DNA of 64,000 nt, taken from NCBI RefSeq assembly GCF_036321535.1, contig NC_087436.1, positions 13,020,001 to 13,084,000 on the forward strand, written 5' to 3'. Positions within the stretch are counted from its first letter, which is position 1; every line of letters starts with the position of its first letter. Source of the DNA: Camelus dromedarius. Its lineage: Eukaryota. The notes below the pieces were generated by a model that worked only from the letters and a program-made list of their open reading frames with translations, made no database searches and was not told the DNA's origin. A program made the translations under genes and the position numbers. This document shows positions 39,476 to 51,555 of the stretch, in pieces.

Positions 39476-39496
39476 CCCTAACCCTAACCCTAACCC
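39476..39496 (-). repeat. Short interstitial telomeric repeat (CCCTAA)3CCC
   Basis: Read directly. Confidence 0.9.
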
Positions 39497-39908
39497 ATCC
39501 TTCCTCCTTGTCTTAACTTTTGGGGAGGGTATTTGTCATTTATTGGTAGGCATCATAGAGAAACATCAGCATAAACTTGACTTTGCTACTTCAGATATAT
39601 AAAATAGAATATAAAACAGGCATCCACATTTTTTTTAACATCTTTCCCTTTTAATGCAAGAAAAAGGAAGGAAGATGGTGAAAACCGTGACTTACTCCTT
39701 GTCCATTGGACATTACCTTTGTCCACTTGTACATCTGAAACAGACGCTGGAGAGCGGGAAGAAGATGTGACATTGTATGGTCTTCTCTGTGGATGTAATA
39801 CGCATGAACGCTTTTTGTTCTCAGTGTTTCCACTGAGGTGCATTCTTTTGGCATAGAGTGACTGCTGTCTCTTGTTCTTTTTCCTTTCTCTGTTTTCCTA
39901 TTTTTCAG

Positions 39909-40925
39909 ATTCCTCAGAGCCAATTTTTTACAGGATCTCCTCTGGTGATCTGGATGGGAAGTTCTCCATTCACCCGTGGCTGGGCACCATTCGAACCCGG
40001 AAGCCTCTGGATCACGAAACGCAGCCCGTGGTTGTGCTCACGGTCCAGGCGCAGCTCGGCAACTCCCCAGCCTGCAGCAGCACCGAGGTCAACATCACCG
40101 TGGTCGATGTCAATGACAACCATCCAGTGTTTCCCAAAGCCTCCGACGAGGTGACCATATCCTGGACCACCCCGCCCGGCACAGCCTTGTACCGCGCCCG
40201 CGCGGAGGACAAAGACAGCGGGCCCAGTGGGTTGGTCCGCTACGCCGTTGCCAGCCAGACCCCGAGCATCTTTTCCGTGGACTCGGGGCTTGGTGTGGTG
40301 TACCTCAACCAGAGCCTGGGGGCCGGGGGGCCCCGGAAGTGCACGCTGACCCTCGTGGCCCAGGATCTCGGCCTCCCTCCTCGGGCTTCCCTGTTGGTGC
40401 TGACGGTCATCATCGAAAAGCAAGAACCAAGCCCATCGCTGACTTTTGAGCATTTGGTCTATCAGGTGGAAGTCAGTGAGGCTCTCTCACTGATGACCCC
40501 AGTGCTGCGGATCCAGGCCCGGCCGCTTGGCCCGCGGCGCGCACGCTCCCGGCCGCGGTACGCGCTCCAGCCCAGCGCGCACTCGGCCGCGTTCGGCGTC
40601 CGCCCCGACACGGGCTGGGTCTACCTGCGGCAGCACCTCGACCATGAATCCACACAAACACACAGTTTTAGAGTGTTTGCCTGGATCCCGGAGGACAGAG
40701 TGTCGCAAAATGTGAGCACTTCGGTAATTGTTCATGTCCTGGATGAGAATGACAATTCCCCTACCTTCTTGCATGATGTCTTGTTTTTGAAAGTGGAGGA
40801 GAGCCCTGTTCCCCAAGGGGTAATAGGCAAAATTACAGCAAGTGACAGAGACGCGGGCAAGAATGGACAACTGTCATATTTCCTTTTGTCTGATGGAAAA
40901 TTCTTCAAGATGAATCCTAATACAG
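39909..40925 (+). CDS. DCHS2: DCHS2 coding exon (1017 nt, phase 1-1), about three cadherin repeats
   Basis: tttttcag acceptor, G|gtagca donor; LDHE, DVNDNHP, DENDNSP, ASDRDAG motifs in ORF 39872..40939. Confidence 0.95.
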
Positions 40926-42550
40926 GTAGCATTTTGTAGCTTGTGCTTATTTCTTTCAAATTGGAATTGAAAAAACTCACATCTTTTGGTTGTAACATTA
41001 GTGCAAACATATAGTTAAAGTGACAGTTTTAATACCTTATTTGATGATAGTATTGTGATTTTAAAGTGAAGTCAAAATTGAATAGAATTTTCCCCATAGT
41101 GATTCATACTTCTCTTGCCTCAAACCCACATACTGTCCGTATATATGGTTCTGGTTTTGAATTAGGGGTACAGTCAGAACCGAACTGAAGAAATCTTCAA
41201 GTAAAGTCTAATTTCCCCTCAACCATTCTTTTTCATTTGTAGATGTCTTTAAAATTTTTCAAATAATATTTTTTAAAATATAGATGTCATGGATGCAAAA
41301 CTAGGGAATAATCCCTTAGTTAAGATTACAAAATCACTCTTTTTGTGTATTTTCCCATTCTCATTTTGATGAAGAAACCATGGGGAAAGGGTTAATATTT
41401 ACACTGAGGTTTTTTCAAGTCTTAATTATGAAATTAAAAATACAAATGTTCTTGTATTTTAAAATTGATGTTGTATAAATTTGCAAGGACTTTACTGAGT
41501 TCCTGCAACTGCGCACAAGTGAATTATGTTTACACTGCAACCATATGGCTGGAGAAGCTGAGACCTAGAAAGGTCAAGTAACATGCCCAAGGTCAGGGAG
41601 CTAGAAAGAAGCGAGAAATGGTCACCACTTTGTACAATCCCAGGAGGCACCATTCATGCTGTAGACCTTGTAAGTGTTGTCCCTTGCTCTACCTTGGAAT
41701 AGAGTTTGAATTCAGTTCTGCTTAGCTTCAGAGTGCCTGTTTTGTGAATTAGGAAACGCGCCCCTTCCTCCAGCAGATGGAGCCTCACACCAGGGCACAA
41801 GACCGGCCTAGATTCTTGCAAACTGGAGCTCAGCTTCCACTGGTTCCTGAGCTCGGACACCCTGCAGGGCACAAACTGCTTGGCTGCCCAGGATGGCTCG
41901 GCTGGCTCTTTACCGCCCTGCACTAAGTAGTTTTCTAGGTCTTCTGTTTCACGCGGGAATTTGTTTTTTGAGATAAAGTATACAGTTGGTTCCCCCACGA
42001 TCTTCTCTGTCCCACAAGTAGTCCAGTGCCCAGACTCAGAAGACCCGGTGTCCATCCCTAGAATTGTATGGTTTTCAGCAAGTAGCTTCCCTTCAGGGCG
42101 CGGCTTCCTAAATTCTAAAGAAGAGAATTCCTGCCCTGCCTGACATCCTGCTCTGGGGGATGAGGACTGGAAGTGTATGAAGGGGCTTGAAAGGCTGCAT
42201 ACTCCTAAACTGTTCCTATTCACCAAGACTAGGGGCAGGGTGGCGGCACAGGGGTTGAGGGCATCCTCCGCCCGTGTCTGTCCTCCACATCCGGGGCTCT
42301 GAGCGGTCCTTACCGTGACCAGAACCCCTGCTTCCACAGAGCCCTGCCTGGCACCCCCATGCCCAGCCCCAGGCTGAGCCTTCCGATCTTTAACAACATT
42401 GGCCTCCAGTCAGTCGGAGTTGGTTCATCAAATAAAAATCTGTTTGCCATTCAGAACTTAGGGCTTTCTGAGGAGAATTACCTTTTGGAAATTTAAAAAT
42501 GCAGTGATTGACTTTGTAATTTTTGTTAGAATCACATTTATAGTAAACAC

Positions 42551-42777
42551 TTTATTTTTTTGGATGGGTAGATAATTAGGTTTATGTATTTATTTTTTAA
42601 TGGAGGTACTGGGGATTGAACCCAGGACCTCATGCATGCTAAATACACATTCTTTTTTTTTTTAATTTTTAAAAATTTGTTTAAATTTTTTTTTTAGCAG
42701 AAGTACTGGGAATTGAGCCCAGGACCTCGTGCATGCTAAGCATGCTCTCTATCACTGAGCTATACCCTCCCCTCTTC
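42551..42777 (-). mobile_element. Dimeric or nested Vic-1-like SINE
   Basis: Two B-box segments (near 42606-42640 and 42704-42740), one A box; flanked by AGTAAACAC. Confidence 0.78.
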
Positions 42778-43380
42778 AGTAAACACCTTATAAATATAGT
42801 TGCTAGAGTAAACACTGCACTAAAATGTCACCAATTCAGCAACTTATCCAAACAGGAATTTTCATTTCCGTTCCTGATGTCAGTTACTGTTTTGTTTTAT
42901 ACATTGTCCTTTCATTTGGATGAAGAAGACAAAGAATCTTAGAAATGGCCATGTGAGGTAGTAGTTGCTTTATGTGTACTTTCTCACAAATAGATATTTT
43001 CATAAATGGTGAGGAAATTAATGCTTGGTGGAGCTCTGCAGCAGGAGAGGGGCACCGGAGAGGCCCTTGGCCACAGGCAGAGGCAGTTATGATTTTATGC
43101 CTGAGTCTCTGTGGATGAAACATGACGGAAGTTCCCCAGTGGACAGCTCTGAGCAAGAGTATGGAAAATATGCCTTGTAAAGCACGAGGAGTTCTTTGGG
43201 AAGCCACTATCATCCATACACATGTATTCTGTGAGATAACAATGAATAAGTCTATACAAAAAAAAGACACACTGTTACCTAAGGAAGGTATTTGATTTTC
43301 ATGAAGATATTTTGCCATTATTTTAAAGTAATGATAACAACTTCCTCGTTCGTAATAATTCACAGCTTACAAAATACTCC

Positions 43381-43531
43381 TTTTTGTTTGTTTTGGGGTT
43401 TTTTGGGGGAGGGGAAGAGGGAGGTCATGAGGTTTATTTATTTATTTATTTTTAATGGAGGTACTGGGGATTAAGCCCAGGACCTTGTGCCTGCTAGGCA
43501 TGCACTCTACCACTGAGCTAGACCTTCCCCC
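43381..43531 (-). mobile_element. Vic-1-like tRNA-derived SINE
   Basis: GGAGGTACTGGGGATTAAGCCCAGGACC...CTACCACTGAGCTAGACC. Confidence 0.8.
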
Positions 43532-44301
43532 GGAAAAATAATTTTAAGTTGATGACTGAATTAGTTCCCAATAGCCCTAGAAAGCAGGCTCAGAAAGGCC
43601 CTTCTGTGTCAGAGGTGGAGAGACTGGGACCCAAGCCTAGAACTAGTGATGTCTGAGCTGAGGTCTCCTCAGTCTTTCCATTATTCTGTATGGTAGTATG
43701 AAGAGAGATGTGCTGTCATTTGAAATCTTCTAAATTATTACTAAATTCCCACGGTGTATTTTTATCATTTGTTGTCATGAATGCATTCTTGATTGATTGA
43801 TTGATTTTCCTTTTTCCTTTTCATTAGGCAGAATGATTACAGTTTGACTGCACATACACATTATATTGCATGTAAATGCATATAAACAATATACTGCAAC
43901 TTTTTTTAGTTTACATATATGTACTGATCATTGTTTCTAAGAACAGATTAGAGCTTTAGCTTTTTAAACTGACATAGTTATCAAAGGAATAAAGCCAGCT
44001 GCACGATAAGAATCAACAGAATGCGGTAATCCAATCATAAAGGAATTCATTCTTTAGTTGAATGGTTGACGGTAGATCATTTGAAATACAAAGAAGGCCA
44101 AATGGAAGGTGGCAGGAGAAACTTCAGAAAACTCTTTCAACAGTAGAGCTAGATGACTAAGGTATGTGGTCTAGGGAGCTGTGCTTTTCCTCAGAGCTCT
44201 GCGTCTGATTCTGCTTTCTGGGGATTGGTTTGGATGTGGCTCAGAGTGCCACCATGCTAGCACAAGTGTCAGCCTCTCTCCTCCTGCTCTGTGCTCCTCA
44301 G

Positions 44302-44489
44302 GTGAACTCATCAGTTGGGTGGCGCTGGATCACGAGCAGCAGGTGCACCATCAGGCGACTGTCCTAGCGACAGACCACGGCTCCCCACCGCGAAACGCCA
44401 CCACGGTGGTTTACGTCTCAGTCACGGACATCAATGATAACAGGCCGTATTTCCCACAGTGCCTCCCTGGGAAGGAATTACACATTAAG
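44302..44489 (+). CDS. DCHS2: DCHS2 coding exon (188 nt, phase 1-0): ELISWVALDHE...DINDNRPYFPQCLPGKELHIK
   Basis: ctcctcag acceptor, AAG|gtatgt donor; LDHE, ATDHGSPP, DINDN motifs. Confidence 0.93.
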
Positions 44490-45790
44490 GTATGTGGGGC
44501 GAAGTAGCCCAGCAATGAGTTTGTAATACTCTTAGTCACTTGTTTTGAGCACCATCTTGTGGTAAGAAGCATGAATTTATCCACTCAGTCTTGGTGTGGA
44601 CATGAATACATTTCTAGAAAATCTAGAAAATCTAGAAAATGTTGTCCCATGTCAAGAAAAGCCACAATTAAAAAAAAAAAAAAGAAATGGTTATAAATGT
44701 TAGCTGGGATCACACATTCGAGTTGTTTTATCATAATAGAGTTCTGTCCAAAAATTGTATACGAACATAATGGTAACTTTATTATCAGACATTGATTGTT
44801 TTTCCAGTAATTTCCACACATCTCTTTGTCTAGAGCTCCCTGTGTGCAATTGAAACACATCTTTAAGATGGTTAGTTAAAGACAGGAGAACAATCTGTAG
44901 CTCTAAAGTGGAGGGACGTGCACCCAGAGATCATAAAATTTGATCTTTGCTGGCACGTGCAGACACTTCTAATTATGCATATGTTATCTTTTTCATTTTT
45001 ATGTTTTTGTATATGTCATAAAGTACATAATAAACTAGCATATTACTTCATGTATGTAATTAATAAATGTATCTTGGGGGTACTCATATTTTTTAAATGA
45101 ATGGGTTATATGAATAAAATGTTTGGAAGCTATTGTCCCCAAAATTAGACATTCAAATTGCGCTCATATATTCATACTGAACAACTCAAAAAAGGTACTG
45201 AGGAGGTTAATAACTTTAAACTCACCTTCCAAAGTCATATTTAAAGAAAATTTTACTAAAGCAGAGCATTATGGTATTATCCTTATGATTTTTATTATAC
45301 CATTTTATGTATGATATATAATGGCTTAATTAGGCTCTAAATTTGGATTTCAACTCCACATGTGCATTTCAGTATTCAAGGAAAGTTTCTGTTAATTAAT
45401 AAGGTATATTTCATGTTTATCTTTAGCATATTTTGGACCTTTCAAAAAATGTCCTGAAAAGGTAATAAATGAGAAGATGCTAGAATTCTTAAAATACATC
45501 AAACATCTAAGATTTTTTGGTCAATTCAATGTCTTTTTCTCCCTCAAAAATAGTTCAAATGCTGCAGATCATTTGTTCAAATTGAGTAAAACACTTAAGT
45601 TTGTAATATGGATTCTTTTCATGGATTTACACCTGTATAACATTTATATCGTAGACATTTGAATTACATGCGGATTTAAAAACAGTTTAAAAAATGCTTA
45701 GGAGTAATATGTTCTTTCACTTAAAGATTCATTGATATTTCTTTTTAAAATTTCACTGACTAATCTGTAAGCTGTTTGTCTTAATGACAG

Positions 45791-45890
45791 GTTCTGGAAG
45801 GTCAGCCAGTAAATATGTTGGTTACAACTGTGTTTGCAAAGGATCTTGATGAAGGAAGCAATGCAGAAGTTATGTATTCAATATCTTCAG
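45791..45890 (+). CDS. DCHS2: DCHS2 coding exon (100 nt, phase 0-1): VLEGQPVNMLVTTVFAKDLDEGSNAEVMYSISS
   Basis: gacag acceptor, CAG|gtaaaa donor; AKDLDEG.N motif; phase fits both neighbours. Translated by hand. Confidence 0.92.
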
Positions 45891-46499
45891 GTAAAAGTTA
45901 TCATCCATAAAGGATTAAGAACTTTAGTATCTCCTCTCTTGTCTACCAACCATGTCTCCTTCTGGGAAAATAGTTAACATTGAAAATACCACCAAATTGC
46001 AGACAAAATACATTTGTTATTTTCTAGAATCACCTTAAAAAAAAAAGAATTTTTAAGCTTAATACAAAATCCTGTGTCCTAAATAGAAACCAGCCAACCA
46101 ACCATCCAACTTAAATGAATAATTCTCAATAATCTAAAATGCAAATCAACTTTTATTGATAGGAAGTGAATAATCAATAAAAATTGGTATGAAGTCCAGA
46201 AACGTATGATTATGAATCCCAAACATCTGTGAATCTTTATGAAGATTAAATATTCTTAAGGTCAGAGTAAATCATACCTAGAAGATGTCATAGATGTGCA
46301 TCCATGTATGTGTATGTGGGAACTTTGCCGAGACAGGCTTATGTTTATCTTTTAGAATGCCCAGGCCCCAAGTGGTTTCCAGTGATTAGCTTTAGTTGAC
46401 ATTGTGTTTTTATACCATTTTTAAAAGACATTCGATGCTTTGTCATGTTTGACACAAACTTAGGAAAGTAAGCGGCAACACTGCCCTTAACCTACAGAT

Positions 46500-49290
46500 A
46501 ATCTAACTGTCTTCATGGAAAACCCCAAATATGCTACAGGCAAACCATTGGAATCAATAACGTAAACAATTTCTAGGAACAATGTCGACATACAAAAATC
46601 ACTAGCACTGAAAAACTAAGCAGGATTTCACAAATCTCATTCACTGTAACACAGAAAATCCATATGGTGGGAGGCGATTTACGGTAAAGCTAATGAAGTT
46701 TAAGCTTCAAGGCTCTCCCGTCGCTTGGGTTCCTCTAGATGGGAGGAGGGGTGCAATGGGCAAATTGTATTTGTAATATTGTCCTATTTTCCGTAAAGAA
46801 GGACCCTCAAATTTTATGTTTTGCCTCTCCCCAAAATCAGAATCATCTTGATTAGAAGCATAAGGAGGAAATTTCAATAAAAGATATTTAAGACCTTTAT
46901 ATAGAAAATCACAAAGTATTAATGAAAGACCTAAAAGCAGAAAGAAATGAAAAGGCAAATCGCGTGCACGCTTGGGAAGATGACATAGTGGATTGTTCAG
47001 GGATAAGGAACCTACCGCAGATACACACACACACATGCTAATAGATTAAACTACAATCTTGCTATAGTATCGTTAGAAAGAAATACAACCATGCTATGTA
47101 TTATTCATGAATATGTGGACTAGAAAAATACACCCACACTTTAGAACAGGCGAAAAGGAAGGGAATGGGATTCGGAGGTTCACACAGGTCCTCTGCTGTA
47201 CGTAAACTCTGTCATTTCTTTAAACATTTTGAAGAAATATTGTGATTTAACCAAGCTGGAAATGTTTACAAAGGTGTTCATCATATATTTCTAAATGTTT
47301 GAAATATTGAATTTTAAAATAAAAATTAGCTTCTATAATGATACTTGGGGCATAGCAATATAAAAGTATGGTGATATGTTATTCAGACCTTTGCTTTAAC
47401 TTCATCCAATTGCAAAATAGAGGCAACTACAAAATATAAGATAAGATAACAAGATAAAAGTCAATATAATAGAAATAACGATATATATATGTCAACATTC
47501 ATGAAAGTTTTCATTCTCTTATGGTGATGAAGTAAATGGATCAAAGCATTGACATCACAACTAGAAGATGTTACATGATTTCTGCTCTATACTCTGACTT
47601 TCTGAAGGGCAGGAGTTCTCTTTTATTTGTTTTTCTATCCCCTGTAACTGGTAAAGTATCTGTTGCATGATAATCGCTCATCAGTGGTTGAATAAAGAAT
47701 CAAAGAGAGCCACTAGCCCAGACATTGTATAGGTTTTTTGGATTGTTGAAGTGTTCAGATTTTATCAAAGAATGCAAATCTGTTATTGTTAACAGATTTG
47801 CAACAACACCGGATGACAATCAGTTTGAATTAGAAAGATCCATATGAACTTGTGACATATTTCAGTGTGTGCAGGTGTGTATTCTCTGTCTGCTGAAAAA
47901 GGCCTGGAAACAGTGACTGACCCAGAGCAATGAGCAGCTCTCACATTGAGAATACGACCTCCCAAGACCATGTTCCACTGGAAGGAACTAGGAGTCCTTG
48001 GAGAAGTGGCTGACCCTAGGACTTGGACAGGAACTCCCCCAGATGAGTCTGTAGCATTTTGCCACAGCAGATACAAGAACACAGCTAAAGATGACTGAGG
48101 TCATAGCAGAAAGACTCGGGAAGCGCCTTTAAGAGGGTCCTAATGTTCCAAGATGGAACAGTTTGAGTATCAGTGAGGATATAATGGCAGTAGATTGAAA
48201 CCCTTATGTTTAAATTCATGCTTAATGATTCTTAAAACAGAAATGGAACAAACCTTTACTTATCATAGTTGGAGTACTGAAGGATGTCAGTAAACCAATC
48301 CATTATTTTGAAGACTGTTAATGAGTTTACTGTAAATGTTTATCCTGACTTTTCCTATAATGAACTGTTCCAATGGGTTATCAATAAGTACAAAAGAGGA
48401 GATTTCGCTTTACTAGTATATTCCAGCTAATGAATGAAGAAGTGGTCATCATCTCAGAATATTATACTTTGCAACGCTTAATGAGTCTTGAGCGGACTTA
48501 GACGCCAGCAAGGACTGACATCACACAATGAGACAATCAGACGTGCTTCTGGAGGAAAACACAAAAGCACTTGTGACGTTGTCTTCCCTCCAAATTGAAC
48601 CTGAATCTAATTAATTCTCTAGATCTACCTCCCTGTTTAAGGAAAACACAGAAGCCAGAAGAACATATTAAGCTACACATTGGAGACAAGGAGCAACCAA
48701 ATCTAGACCCTGGGAAACTTCGGGATACACGATCCAGTTCCTTCAGCCAATGAATTGCAAGAACAAAATAAAGAGATAGATGGCAGGAACACAAAGATGG
48801 AAGAGATATGCGAATATGGTGTTTATGTTGAACCTAAGTTGAGCTAATGAAAAAAATATTTACGAGACAGTTGAAAATTTTAAAAATAACTAGATGTCGG
48901 ATGATAGGAATCATTGCTAATTTTTGAAAGTCTAATATGGTACCGTGATTATATGAAAATGTGCCTTATCTTTTCAAGATGATGTTGAAAAATATACGGA
49001 AGGAATGATATAGTTTCTGAGATTTGCTTCAAAAGAAGATGGTGAATCTGAAAAGAAAAAAATAGATATGGACGTATATGCATAACTGAATTTATTTGCT
49101 GTACACCAGAAACTAACCTTGTGAGTCAGTTACACTTCAGTAAAAATTTTAGAAAAAAAAGACGGTGATGGGAAATATGTGATGGGGAATAAAATGTCAT
49201 GAGTTGAAGCCAGATGATGGGCACATGAGAGTTTATTATAGCATCCTGTCTACTTTTTCATATGTTTGAAAATTTCCATAATAATTTTTT
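46500..49290 (+). mobile_element. Patchwork of ancient L1M (MC/ME-like) fragments
   Basis: Degenerate ORF2/3'UTR-like text, e.g. CATACAAAAATCACTAGCA and TATGTTTGAAAATTTCCATAATAA. Confidence 0.5.
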
Positions 49291-49447
49291 AATCTGTTGT
49301 GTTTCTGGTCTATATTGTTAGTATCATTTTTATGTTCATACTCTCGTAGAGCTTCAGGCAAATAAATCTTCCAAATGGTCACAGATATATTTGGATTAAT
49401 TAAATCTCTGCATTCTGCATTGTCAGTTAACTCCAGTCTCTTAATTT

Positions 49448-49467
49448 TGTGTGTGTGTGTGTGTGTG
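49448..49467 (+). repeat. (TG)10 directly upstream of a DCHS2 splice acceptor
   Basis: Read directly. Confidence 0.92.
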
Positions 49468-49478
49468 TATGTGTATAG

Positions 49479-49636
49479 AAGATAGTTCTGATCACTTCAA
49501 GATTGATGCCAACAGTGGTGAAATCAGAACAGCTACGATACTTTCACATGAGTACAGACCTTCCTACAGGATGACGGTTGTTGCCAGTGACCAGGGAGTA
49601 CCTTCTCTTCAAGGACAGGCAGTTATTAATATTCAG
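49479..49636 (+). CDS. DCHS2: DCHS2 coding exon (158 nt, phase 1-0): EDSSDHFKIDANSGEIRT...ASDQGVPSLQGQAVINIQ
   Basis: (TG)n-tatag acceptor, CAG|gtaata donor; F.ID..SG and ASD.G.P motifs. Confidence 0.9.
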
Positions 49637-50711
49637 GTAATACCAACATCACGCACAGTGTGAAAAGATACTTTGAAGAGGTTCTTTTAAGTTTTATATA
49701 CAAGTGTATAAAGTGAAGATGCATTAAATATATGAGAACTCTCTTTAGAGAGCATTGCAGATGTATGTGTGCATGATATTAAGTGATTTTATTATCACTT
49801 GAGAAATGATTAGATTTACATGATTTTTTCTCTTCCTAACAAGATCTTCACCTTCATCACTCTGTGGGCATTCATATTGCTTTGTTTATGAAGAACCAAA
49901 AGTGTCTTTTCTGTTACTTTTTCCTAATTGCAAGGACCTGGTAAATTTGCAGGAGAAACTCGAATGTAAACAAATGGCCAATGATAAATCGCATCGATTT
50001 CGTAATTATTTTTAAAATTAGAAAAGTCAGTTGAAATTCATATTTTAAGGCTTTACTTTAATCATAATGAGTAAACAAGTGTGGAAAGTCTTCATAGCAG
50101 GAAAAAATTACATCAAAAGCAAGATGACTGATTATAGGAAGATTTTTTATGTTCAACCACATGATAGTCAGTAATACCAATATAGGTAGGTGTACTAATC
50201 AAGAATATATGTCCCCAAGAGTTCTGTTTGTAAATTATATTCCTTATTGATTGAGAATATGTGGCTTAGGGGACATTTTTCTCATAATACCTCAAATCTT
50301 TGGTTTCAGATAAGCAAAGACACATGACACTTAAATGTAAAAAGATGTCATCATTAAGGACACACGGGGCTCTAGGATTTAGACTGGTTAGGAGGACTAG
50401 CCATCCCACATTCTCACTGAAGAATCACAAGGCTACAGTTCAGCCAAACTACAGCCTGGCCTCACCAAACTATCATCATGAAAATGATAGCAAATGGGGA
50501 AGTGGGAAGCATTGTGCTTTCTTATCTCCTAGATAGCATGCAATTTTCAATCTTCGGGGATGTGTTGGACTCACATGGTATAAAAAAGACATTTTCTCAC
50601 CAGTTAACATATGTCTGTCACAAAAGTGGAAAGAATTAGCTTGTGAAAGAATATTGATTAAACTACTAAACAATACCCCAAACTGATAGCTCCTTTTTCT
50701 TCTTATTTCAG

Positions 50712-51555
50712 GTGGTAGCACTACCCAAAGGGGGAGCTCTCATTTCTCAGAATATTAGACATTTAGTTCTACCAGAAAACTTGAAGCCTGCGAAAGTAAT
50801 GAGCTTGATAAAGTCACCTGATCACCTTCAACACCATCATAATGGAAAGTTACACTTCAGCATTGCTGCCGATGACAAGGATGGCCACTTTGACATCAAC
50901 AGCTCGACAGGAGACTTATTCCTCTCTAAGGAACTTGATTATGAAACGACATCTCATTATCTTTTCAGGGTGATAACTAAAGACCGTAGCAAAAACCCTC
51001 CCGTGAACAGCACAGTCTTCCTTAGTGTCGATGTGGAAGATCAGAACGACCATTCGCCGTCTTTCCAGGAGGAGTTCATTGTGATAAGCGTGGAAGAGAA
51101 TGCCCCCGTCGGGACCCTGGTGCACGTCTTCAATGCCAAAGACGGCGATGGGAGTTTTCTGAACAGTAGAATACAGTACTTCATCGAAGCCCACCACCCT
51201 GGAGCGAATCCGTTTCTCATCCACCCCTCTTTTGGCACGTTGGTCACTGCATCCCCGCTTGACAGAGAGAGCGTTCCAGCTGTCGTCCTGATGGTGACTG
51301 CATCCGATCAGGCTGCGAACGTGACAGAGCGGCGACTGAGATCGCTGACGGCCAAGGTGGTGATTCTGGATGTAAATGACCACAGCCCCACTTTTATATC
51401 TTTCCCCATCGCCCTTGTCAGAGAGGATGCCCCCGTGGGCTCCTTGGTGCACCGCATAACTGCTCAAGATCCAGACGAAGGAAGGAATGGAAGCGTGACG
51501 TTCAGCATCCTCTCAGGAAATGAAAACATGGCCTTTGTTCTAGATGGGGCATCAG
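50712..51555 (+). CDS. DCHS2: DCHS2 coding exon (844 nt, phase 0-1), about 2.5 cadherin repeats
   Basis: tttcag acceptor, CAG|gtaccg donor; LDYE, DQNDHSP, LDRE, DVNDHSP, AQDPDEG motifs in ORF 50712..51581. Confidence 0.95.

Noticed and set aside
39914..40870. Minus-strand ORFs (179 and 127 aa); likewise 50916-51467
   Set aside because: Antisense shadows of GC-rich DCHS2 exons with no independent motifs.
41654..42337. 227-aa minus-strand ORF
   Set aside because: Starts at GTG rather than ATG, no recognisable domain or splice structure; consistent with chance in GC-richer sequence.
44613..44639. (TCTAGAAAA)3 as a heat-shock element
   Set aside because: Spacing does not keep alternating nGAAn units; simple slippage. 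The short duplication at ~36925-36972 is similar.
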